From positions 29,140,001-29,204,000 of the forward strand of contig JBHGNT010000001.1 in assembly GCA_043228905.1 (NCBI GenBank): DNA of 64,000 bases, read 5' to 3'. The stretch comes from Azolla caroliniana (Eukaryota > Plantae > Polypodiophyta). Numbering within the stretch: the stretch's first letter is position 1; every line of letters starts with the position of its first letter. The notes beneath the pieces are model-generated. The model ran no database searches. It was not told the DNA's origin and saw only the letters and a list, made by a program, of their open reading frames with translations. Shown here in pieces: positions 53,374-64,000 of the stretch. Both the position numbers and the translations under genes were made by a program.

Positions 53374-56300
53374 ATGGCCCGGAGAAAGCAGAGGCAACCA
53401 TCTCAAAACATATCAAAAAAGGTGAAATCAGATGTTGAATCTCCCTCCAAGGAGGTCAGTGCAGTCTCTACAGAAGATGTAAACGCCACACATAATGAAG
53501 ATGGTGCAATACTCTACTCACCGATTGATGCCTTTGATTCTGTAATTGAAATAGCAGAAGTGGGCTTGCAAGCTATTGTGTATGAACATCCCTTGCCATT
53601 TAATGAATTCAAGAGGCAGCATGGCAATAAAGATGATTTAGGAGTGAGACTTTGTTTACCAAAGTTAGAGAAGGATTTTATCATGGGTCTCCGTGCTCTT
53701 TCACATGAGGATATTAGAGTGCAAGTCTTCCAGAAACAGGGCAACAAGTATCAGTGCTCAGAGTCGGACATGGCAGTAGATGAAATATTTCGAGTTTCAG
53801 TGTCAGGCTATTTAGATGGCCCTAAAGATTCTATTTCTGGGATTGCATACTTGTTTAAGGCTGGCTTTGTAAGTATGAAGCCTTACATTGAAGATGACAG
53901 TGGAGATAACATGGATAGTAACGTCGTCTGTTTCAGACTACGAATAGGTCTTACTGAGAAAGCTTTTGACAATAATGATGGACTCCTGGATAGTGGGAAG
54001 TCATTATGGAGTAAATGCATGTTGAAGATGATGAAGTGGCTGCGGCCGGAGTTGCATACCAATGAAGCCATTTATGGAATTTCAGCGAATAGAGTAAGCT
54101 CTGAGAACTCTTTGCAGGACTGTGAAGGTTCTCCTTCTGGTCCAGATTATGCATCCCAGCAGGAATTTGATTCCTCATCTTTGTACGAGGCGATAAAACC
54201 AGACCAGTAAGCTCAATGTGTCTTTATTTGAGCAGTTGTATGTCTTTGTGCATGTGTGGCATTTGTTCTTGCATGCAACACACAATTCATCTGCTCATTG
54301 CTCATTATACCCATTTCTATGGAGTTTAGGCTTGGTTATGCTTCTGATTTTGACATGGAATGTTAATAAAAAGCCGTTGTTTAAGTCTCAGATACATATT
54401 AGTTATCATGATTCATTTATATTGCTTTCATACAGGAATGGGCCAGTTTTGTCTACAGCTCCTGGACAACTGCGTGCAAAACTGAGGCCTTATCAGAGTA
54501 GGGCTGCAAATTGGATGATCGGCCGTGAAAACCTAGGTGGCAGTCAGCTTGTTAGTGACACTATGAAATGGCCTTTTTGTTCGCAAGTTGTATCATTAGA
54601 TAAAAAATCGGTCTTTTACTATAACCCTCTCAGGTTTGTTTATTCTTTATCAGCAGTTTTCTCTTTCATGATTGTCATCTTTCAAATAACGGAGTTTGGA
54701 AATTTGCCTACTTCACTCATCTTCAGATGTCATGATTGAATACTATGATTTCTGCTCATCATCCTGCCTCCCTGAGACGCATAATTAGCATTCATATCTC
54801 CAAATGACATTAGCGTTCATTATCTCTGGTGAAACTCTAGAAATAGGATATTTACCTTGACCATCCAAAATGGATCACTTATATATGATTGTAAGTGGTA
54901 AGTAATCCCATTAGCCATCTAAATTGTATGGTCTAAGTCAACGAAGAATCACAAATAGTGATGTCATTTAGAATTTTGCATCTTTATTCTTTACTCAGAG
55001 TTGGGTGATGCCCTTTAAAATTTCTCATCTTTGTTCTTTACCCTGAATTTCTGGAAAAGGAATCCCATTAGCCATTTAAATAGCATGATCAAGTTAACAG
55101 AAAATCTCAAATAGTGATGTCATTTAGATTTGTTAGTTAAATATTCAAATGAATAGATGCAGGTTGGTGTAAACTCTCATGTATATATCAACCTACACCT
55201 ACTCATCTGAATATCAAACTTCAGATTTTTGCCCTCAAATTCCTTGTTCATATAACTGTCTATGTTCATGAAGTATTTGGAATGATTAGGATCTAATATA
55301 TTGCATCTTGTTCATTTCCTAGTGGTGTTGTTTCACGAACTCCATTTGAGGGCTTTCCTGACATTCGAGGGGGCATCCTTGCAGGTCAATCTCCTTGTTG
55401 CCATGTAGTACAAATAGTATTAGATGAATGCTGGCTATGCCGGCAACATTCTGACTTATATAAATGTGTTTTATGAATGTTCCATTGCTTTCAACTCTCT
55501 TTTAAGGTTTAGATTCATTCACTTCTTAATTCCTATTTTGGTCTTATAAACACCACTTTATTTAAATGTATGATTCTCCAAGTGGTTTTCCTGTGTACAT
55601 GCGTTTTTCTCACTTGTTGATATTTTAGACCTGGTATAGGGGGTTTGTCATATCTGTGTATCTTCGTCTTTCCCGTTTGCACCAGGCTCTGAAGTATAGA
55701 AAGATACTATCATTATTGGTTCTCTTTATCTTATCACAACTATTCTTGTGATGAAAAAGTTTCCATGGAGGTGATCATCCCCTGATTTATGCGAGTTGTT
55801 GAGATGGATTTTCTAATTAGTTTCTGGCTTGCTGTTCTTGGTACACGCATTCATGTATTGGTTGCAGAAAGTAAGAAATCATACAAATAAGAAATTCAGA
55901 TCTAAATCTGCAGTTTTACTTAAAGTTTTAACTAGTTTGAACAAATCATTACAGACAGCTTCAAATGAGCTTTTTAGTGGGGCGTCAACTAATCCTTATT
56001 TCCATTTTAGATGAGATGGGTTTGGGCAAAACTGTTGAACTTCTTGCATGCATTATGTCCAACTCCTACACATCGTTGAACTCTGAGCCAGATCAAGCCG
56101 CACAAAATGCTGCCAAAGAGCTGGAGGAAAAACTAAGGAAGCGGAAACAAGAACGAATTGATTGTCCATGTGGAGCATATGATAAAGAATCTTATGATGG
56201 GATATGGGTGCAGTGTGATTGCTGTGATGTTTGGCAGCATGCATCTTGTGTTGGATTTGGCATGGAGTTTGAGTATGTAAAGAACTTTGAACGAGAAATT

Positions 56301-58371
56301 TATTCAAAAGGCCGAAAGTCAAAGTTGCACTCAGCAAGAGAAAAGTCAAAGAGGGTTGCAGAAAGAATGACTTCAACTAGGGAACTAAGGCATTCTGTGA
56401 ATGAGGATTATGTCTGCGGTTCTTGTTCACGATTAATTGGAAGTGTGGAAGTTCATGGCATTTCTCGTGCTACATTGATTGTATGCCCTCCATCAATTTT
56501 GAGACAATGGGAGGAAGAAATTTCTAGGTATGTTCTACAATGGTTTCCCGGAGCTCTGTGGAGGGACCATGGAAATGTAAGAATTTGCAAGGGTTGCTGA
56601 GGATTTTATCATCTTTATCACCTTTTTCATTTTGAAAATAATGCTTGAACACCACTTTTGATCACTTGCATGAAACGAAGCTGTGAATACCTTCCTCAAA
56701 GAAAATTAATACGGCTGTATTAGTTTTGTTGGTGCAATTTTTTATTTTGCTAGTCAGGTTAATGGTGATCACATTGTTCAAGCAGGATATTGAGCAACTA
56801 TCAGTGAATCTAATCCTGTGATATAGCAGGCCTCAGCCTAACAGATAGACTGAAAATATCATAACTTGTAGATTTATGAACTTGTCTTATAGCTACATGC
56901 ACATGCCAGCTTAATCATATTAACAAAAGTTGACTTTAATCACTTTCTTTTTGGATAGACACACAGAAACAGGGCTTTTGAAGTTGATTGTGTATGAAGG
57001 TTTTCAAAGAGGTGGCCAATTGTATTCTGGTGGTGAAGTAAAAAGTTCAAAATATGGCCAGGTGGTTGGTGCACATGAGCTCGCTTCAGCAGATATAGTT
57101 TTGACAACATACACCACTCTTCAAGCTGATCTTTCACATGATACAGATGGGGACGATACATCACAACGCTCTTTACGGCACACCAAAAGGTATTTTGTAT
57201 TGAGCATCCTTATATTTTTCAATAGTCCAGCATATGAAAAGGAATGCCAATTTGTGAGATTGGAAAATATTTTATATTTTCTTATTGGTATATGAGGCAG
57301 GTTGAGTAGATTTTCATGTAATGAAAAAGGTTGTGTGATTCTAACTTGTTAAAATAATTAAAGAGTGATTAGGATGTGCGTGGTTAGTATGAGATAGACA
57401 AAATGAGAAGTATGTGTGCGAGAGATGCATACACAATATGTGAGGATACAAGAATGAGCAAAAGCTACATTTTGTATTGCTCAAAAAGGTGTTTATATAG
57501 GTATTGCCACTGTTTATATAGATTTAACATAGGTATTGCTACTGTTTCTCATCACAATCTATGCTTACTGTTTAAGCTTAACCGTCAGAGCCTGTCAAGC
57601 TTTGTGTCAGTTTACAGCACCATCAGCATCATGCTTCACTTTGTACACCCACTTGCACTTGATGTTTTCCATGTGGTAGTGACTAAATCTCACATCTGGT
57701 TTTCTCCTAATGCTTTCATTTCTTCCTTAATTGCTTTGTCCCATTCATGTTTCCCCTAAGCTTCTTCATCGCCTGTTGGTTCAGTCTTACCTCGATGTTC
57801 TATGCAATGTGTATTAATTCAGTCTTACTAACGAGGACTGCTATTGTTGGATATGAAGACCTGGAGTTATAGATGTTTCATTTCATAATTTGAAAAGTGG
57901 AGTGGATTTGTATGCACATGTGTCCATAGGTATCCCGTTGTGCCAACTCCACTAAAGTTTGGTTGAAGTGCATTACATTGTAATTTAAAGAGTGGAGCTA
58001 ATTGTTTCACTTACTAACGAGGACTGCTATTGTTGGATATGAAGACCTGGAGTTATAGATGTTTCATTTCATAATTTGAAAAGTGGAGTGGATTTGTATG
58101 CACATGTGTCCATAGGTATCCCGTTGTGCCAACTCCACTAACACGAATGAAGTGGTGGCGAGTGTGCTTGGATGAAGCCCAAATGGTGGAGAACAGTTCA
58201 GCACGAGCTACAGAAATGGCCAAACGATTAAATGCTGAAATACGATGGTGTATAACAGGAACACCTATTCAACGTAGTCTTGATGACCTGCATGGGCTTC
58301 TTAGATTCTTAAATCTACAACCTTTCAACAATCTCTTCTGGTGGAATAAGATAATAAAGGAACCATATGAG
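53374..58371 (+). CDS. SHPRH: SHPRH-like E3 ubiquitin ligase / SNF2 helicase, 5' part; gene presumably continues beyond the window
   Basis: Exons 53374-54206, 54436-54633, 55323-55384, 56011-56527, 56959-57189, 58116-58371, phases consistent. MARRKQ start, WLRPE, LYEAIKP, LRPYQSRAANWM, GGILADEMGLGKT, PHD finger (CPCG..WVQCDCCDVWQHASC..CGSC) inserted in the ATPase, ATLIVCP, DIVLTTY, WWRVCLDEAQ, RWCITGTPIQ. Putative 5'-UTR intron 51716-53368. Confidence 0.93.
57824..58140 (+). repeat. 131-bp duplication (period 186) spanning an SHPRH 3' splice site
   Basis: 57824-57954 equals 58010-58140, including TGTCCATAG|GTATCCCGTTGTGCCAACTCCACTA. Confidence 0.95.
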
Positions 58372-58805
58372 GTTAGTAATTTATCTCACTACATAAACTA
58401 GCTCTTATATTTCTGTATAAATATATTTGGCAAAAAATGCATTTTTAAATTTTTGTGGTACATCAACCTTTTTTGGTATGCTTTCATATTATCCATTTAT
58501 ATATAGTGGGTTTATTGTTAATGGCAGTATAATAGCCAAATATTTGATGATAACATTGAATACTTGATTGTGTAATGTGGTTCAATAAGTTTTGCATGAT
58601 GCTAAGGTGATTAATGCATGTAATTCAACATGCAGAGGCATAAAAGGTAGGTAGGGGTGTAAGTATAAACTTCACTTGGATGATGACATAAAAGGCCGAC
58701 TCCTTCCACCTTGTATCCTAGTGTGAACCTGTCTAAAGAGTTAGGGCTTAATATATAAGCAATAACTTAACGTTGTAAACAGAAGACTTCTTGTATTTTG
58801 AGTCT

Positions 58806-61641
58806 CAGAGAGAGAGAGAGAAAGAAAGAAAGATATATTAACGTCTTTTAAGAGGCCAAAATGGCCTATAAGACCGAATAAGAGATTACATCTTAAATGT
58901 TTTCTCGTCTTTGAGAACAAATCAAAATAAAGTAAATATTACACAATAAATATAAAAGTAAATAAGATGAAGAGAAAAGAGACGAGAGAATCTGGTTTTT
59001 GGCACATGCGAGATTCTCAAGTTAGGTGTATTGTAGCCTTTGTCTCCGAAAGATCTCTATTATAGGTCGATCTAGAATGGAAATGTCTCCAAAGCGAGGG
59101 AAGCACCTACGATGGCTTTAGATAATGGCTTTTGTTTGTCGATGACAAGGGTGTCGGGGTCGTGGTCCATGGGGCCGGGGCTTACGTGCACGGCAAATTG
59201 CCATTGCCCGATCAATCGTAACCCCTTTGTTATATCCTGGTCTGGATCCCATTTCTGTATCCTGGGGTTGATTTCTAGCATTAGGAGTGATGGAGCTAAA
59301 GAAAGTTGTGATTGTTCTTTGTGGATGAGCTTGTGTGGCTGTATTCATCAACAACTTTTCCCGATGTCTCTTGAGCTCGAGCAAGAAAAGTCCTAGGCAT
59401 CTTTGGTCCTCATATTCCATTACCTTGCGTAGTGGGCCAAAGCCTTGTTTAAAGAGGCAATGGTATCTCCCTCTGATTTCATAAAAGACACTACAATGAC
59501 AAACGTAGTGTTCTTCAGATTCCACTCCTTGATGACACAATTGGCAAATTCTCTCTTCTAGAGGTAGTCGTGTATATCTGCCCACCTCAATCTGTAGCTG
59601 ATGTGATGAGGTTCGCAGCTGCCCTATCACACTACGCAGCGCATAGGATAGATGTATGTCCATATAAGGTGGCCTTATGACAAATCCATCCTCCGATGTA
59701 TGTAAGAAGTGTGTCTTATAGTGGGCCATCTTTGTACCAAGTGCTATTTTGGGGCTGATCCATGTTATCTTGTTTTCTAAGTTAATAATATCAGTTCGGA
59801 TCACTCTATTCTTTTCCACTTTGGTCATATTGAGATGGGGACAGTGCATTTATTGGAACGGGGGTAGTGCATTTATACTCATGCCATGTGACTCGAACCA
59901 TTGCTGCATTTCAGCATACCAACAATGAGTGTCTCCATTTTCAGCCAATTGTCATGATGACATAAGTGCCAACCTTGGGTACCTTCGTTTAGGGAGCTCC
60001 CAAAGACGTTGGATAAATGTCACTGATCGGAACAATGCCTCGGTTATTATAGGTGCTGCTCCCATCTCTGCCCGGATTATATCGTGGGGCACCGATGCTT
60101 TGCTCCTTATCATGCGAGCAATCATTGACACTAAAGGTCTCTCTAAATCTTTCCAATGGTTTGCCTTGTTAAGACTCGGTCCCCATGTCTCTACTCCATA
60201 GAGAAGAGTTGGTGTGACAAGTGTATCAAATAACCACAGCTTAGTCCGTGGCTCTTGGAACTGCAAATGTGCACATTGTCTTTCGAGAGCACCCAGGGCT
60301 GCATATCCACGAGAAAGTCGGGCACAAGCGGCCTCCTGTAAGGAGAACCTAGGTCCTGTAAATGTTACTCCTAGGTATGTGTAGGAGCGTGTGTGTTCCA
60401 CCTTTTCCTCTCCCAAGAAGAATTCTGGTTCTGATCTTGTTACCCATGCTTGGGTGGTGTTAAACACCATCACTTTAGTTTTATTCATGTTGATTGATAA
60501 ACCTTTGTCTGTACAAAATAGTTTTAAGGCATTTAGATGTCTTTGTAGTCCTTCCGGAGAGTCAGAGATCAGCACAATATCATCAGCATATAGTAATATC
60601 TGTATAGCTATACCTGCTAGGTGTGCTCCGGAACCACCAAATCTCTCTATGTACTGTGATACCTCATCTATATAGAGACCGAAGAGTGTGGGGGATAGTG
60701 GGCATCCTTGTTTCACGCCAATTGTGCTGGCCACCGCCTCTGACAAACCCTTAGGAGACCGAACTTTTCCTGAAACAGATTCATAGAGTGCATAGATTCC
60801 CCATTGCATATCTATAGGAACACCAATGGCCTCTAGCCGCTGCATAAGCCGAGCACGTGGCACAGTGTCAAAGGCTTTTCGAAAATCCACAAAGCAGCAA
60901 TAAATCCTCTTATTGTGGGCTCTGCCCTCCTCAATAAGGGCCCGGAGGGTGAATATGTGATCCAAAGTTGTGAAACCCTTCCGAAAGCCTGCCTGTCCAA
61001 TTGAATGGCAGCCATTTTGCTCTGCCCATATACTCAATTCTGATTCCAGAATCGAGCCATATAGTTTAGCCAAGTAATGGCCAATCATGATTGTCCTATA
61101 GTTGCTTGGCATCATGGGGTCTCCACTCTTAAGGATTGGCACAATGGTATGCTGAGTCCATGTAGTAGGAAAACCTTCGCACATGGCTCTATTAAAGATG
61201 TGTGCTAACAATGGGAGCAAGGTGTCACGGGCATAGATAAAGTGTTCACCCACCAAGCCATCATGATCTTGGGCCTTCCCGAATTGTAGCCTATCAATGG
61301 CATTTCTTACATTTTGTGGTGTAAAGAAGGTTGATTCATGTGGGCGTGAGGCATTCGGGTGGGGAAGAGGAGGTTGCCCCGGGGTATCATATAGGACCTT
61401 TGCATATTCGTGCCACACCTGAGGTGAGGTCAGTTGTGTGGTGGGTTGCCTCTCATTAAACATTTTCCATGCTCTTTTACTCTCTCGTCCTAGAAACAAG
61501 CGATACAGATGATCTTCAAATTTAGCCAAATACAATCTCTTCTTCCTCCTTACGAGGCATTGGAAGGTTGCTCTCGCTTGGTTGTATGTATAAATGCCCC
61601 GAGTTATATCAAGTTGCAAGCATCTCCTTGTATCACGACAA
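58806..61641 (-). mobile_element. Non-LTR retrotransposon (RTE-X-like LINE), RT and C-terminal Cys/His region, inside an SHPRH intron
   Basis: GKAQDHDGL, IVPILKSGD..SNYRTI, QAGFR, FVDFRKAFD, GVKQGCPLSPTLF, YADD, YTYLG; C-terminus LRTSSHQLQIEVGRY..EERICQLC..ESEEHYVCHC. Two in-frame stops (59952-59954, 59850-59852); (TTTC)n/(TC)n tail at about 58806-58832; 5' part interrupted by a Copia insertion. Confidence 0.9.
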
Positions 61642-64000
61642 TGAATAACGAAAGCTTCCATTAGAGCTGAAACTGTGTCTACGTTTCCATCATTTTCTTT
61701 TGTCATATTCTTTGTGTTGTTTACCGGGCACATAACCTACAGTTCCTTTCTTACTTCCACGCATACATTCCTTCAAGTGGTATCAAAGCGACTTGTTCTT
61801 CAGCGGCAATGAAAGCAATAGAGGAAACTGAAAAAGAAGACAAGGTCAGAAAAATAAATCTCACTTTTGAAAAAGAACATGGCTTCAACATCCAAAACAA
61901 GAGTTGAAATCCGAAAGTTCGATGACAAAATTTTTGCCTTGTGGAAGGAGATGATGCAGGATGTGCTGATCATCAGAAGACAAGTCGAAGCCATTCGACA
62001 CAACGAAAAACTCGCTTCGATGACAATCGAAGAGTGGAGATCCATAGACGAAATCGCGCACTCCACCATCCGAATGCACCTGGCCGAAAATGTCTACTTC
62101 AGCATGGCCAAGGAGACAACAACTTTCTCATTATGGGAGAAGTTGCAAGTAGTGTACGAAAAGAAGTTCTCGTCGAAACTCATATAGATTCGACATCAAT
62201 TCAATATGAAGATGAGAGAGTCGGATCCTACAACCTCCCACATCAACACCTTTAGCCAGGTGTTGTCTGAACTCTCCTCCCAAGGGATTAAGTTTGAAGA
62301 AGTTAAAGCCCTGGCCCTCCTATCGAGCTTGCCGGCGAGTTGGGAGGTATTCTGCACGACATTTGCCAATAGTCGTCCAATCCTAAATCTAGATGAGACG
62401 ATCGGCCAAGTCCTCACCGAGGATATTCATCGAAAATCGATGGGACTCACCATTGACAAATCGGCAGAAGCCCACCACTCAACTGGGTCGATCGATTGAC
62501 CGAGTCGATCGAGAGAATAAGCTGACCGAACCGGTCGAAATCATAGTCGATAAAAAACGAGGGGGGACCGACAACGATCGAAGTTGAGAACGAGTTGATC
62601 AGGCGAATTCTGCACCCACTGCAAAAAAGCCGGTCACAATGTTTCCGATAGCTGGTCGATCAAGAGGAAAGAGAGTGGTCGGTGATCCGAGCGGAATTGA
62701 GGATGATCCAACTTGAATCACTCTCCAGTTGGCAACCAAGTCAATGTTATCGACACCCGATCGGGAGAAGTTCTCTCCTTAGAGAACTCGATGATCGGAG
62801 AAGTCCTCTACAGTGCGCAAGACGCGCACACGTGGTGTTGGACTCCGAAGCCACATTTCACGTAACCCCGAACATTGAATGGCTTTCGAACTATTCAGAC
62901 GACACCAACGGCATAGTCTGACTCGGAAATGGGCAGGAGTGCGTAATCGCAGGGATCGGAGAGGTCTCCATCCAACTGGTGAATGGCAACATGATCACCC
63001 TGCACCAAGTTCGGCACGTACCCGATTTGAAAAGGAGTCTGGTCTCCATTGGCATGTTAGCCGAAGACGGGTACCGAAGGACTCTAAATGAGTCGGCATG
63101 GATGATCAACCGAGGAAATCTAAGAATTAGAAGTGGACACAAGTACATCAACTTGTACCCAATGATGGCGATCAATCCGGAAGGGCTTGTGAACGTAGCT
63201 GAAAAGACTGACCCGAACTTATGGCATGGCCTACTTGGCCATATGTCTCAAGCCGAACTCGATCGGCTGATGGCGGTCGGCTACATCCCGAAACTGCAAG
63301 CAAAGACAGACTTCTGCGAGCATTGTCGATACAGGAAACAAACCCGCACCGCAGTCCACACTCTTCATTATGAGACGATACGTCAGTCCCTAGAGTTCGT
63401 GCACACAAATATATGTGGGCCGATGCCCAAATTATCTCTAGGTGGATCCCGGTACTTCATCACGTTCGTCGATGATTGTACACGGAAGGTCTGGGCCTAT
63501 TCGATTAGGTCAAAAGACGAAGCGCTCAAGATCTTTGCTCGATGGTTAATCGAAGCGGAGAACGGTCGGGACATAGAGTGAAGACACTCCGTTCCAACAA
63601 CAGAGGCAAATGTACCTCCCGAGCCTTCAAGCAAAACCTGTCCGACAAAGGGATCCGGCATCAAAAGACCGTTCCATACACACCCATGGAGAATGGAGTG
63701 GCAAAACGAATCAACCGAACGATCCAAGAGAAGGCGACGACAATGCTCCAACAAGCTAGACTGAAGCTGGAGTTCTGGGCTGAAGCATTGCAGACGGCAA
63801 TATATTTGATAAATCTATCACCATTGAAAGGCAATCAGGCTCGAAGTGCCACAGGCACTATGGTCAGGCAAACAGCCGACCTACGAAAGGCTTCGAATTT
63901 TCGGATGCGAAGCTTACGCATTTATCCCTAGGGAGAAAAGGACCAAGGTGGCACCCCATGCAACAAAATACAGATTTCTCGGTTATGGAACCGATGGGGA
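61642..64000 (+). mobile_element. Ty1/Copia LTR retrotransposon (short 5' LTR, PBS, decayed gag-protease-integrase), cut by the window end
   Basis: Putative LTR TG(61642)..CA(61775), start uncertain; tRNA-iMet PBS TGGTATCAAAGC at 61778-61789; gag KFDDKIFALWK, LLSSLPASW, CTHCKKAGH; protease VLDSEATFH; LWHGLLGHMS..FCEHC; integrase VHTNICGP..FVDDCTRKVW..ENGVAKRINRT directly after the protease (Copia order). Several stops and frameshifts. Confidence 0.93.

Noticed and set aside
61642-61733. N-terminus of the 593-aa LINE ORF (MCPVNNTK...)
   Set aside because: Chance read-through into the antisense Copia LTR, not LINE sequence.

Overview
Eukaryotic nuclear DNA from an AT-rich, intron- and transposon-rich land plant; a fern is my inference from gene and TE content, not established. 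Four genes can be assembled by hand from splice sites with consistent phases: (1) a 2-exon, 1044-aa TANGLED1-like gene (minus, 5869-9189); (2) a complete 15-exon, 962-aa plastidial alpha-glucan phosphorylase PHS1/Pho1 (minus, 11472-21615); (3) a multi-exon gene whose C-terminus matches Integrator subunit 5 (plus, 32030-44315); (4) the 5' part of a SHPRH-like SNF2/PHD gene (plus, from 53374), whose last visible intron holds an RTE-X-like LINE interrupted by a Copia element running off the window. Also present: a hAT MITE with an 8-bp TSD, a 6-kb TIR element carrying a PPR fragment and a nested L1-type LINE, a decayed SUO-like pseudogene, an organellar insertion with a plastid-type trnF-GAA, and many intronic tandem duplications, some with fold-back junctions. 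All homology calls come from motif recall, not database searches. I found no clearly new multi-gene system; the best leads are the INTS5-like gene, the enlarged TANGLED and the fold-back duplication signature.
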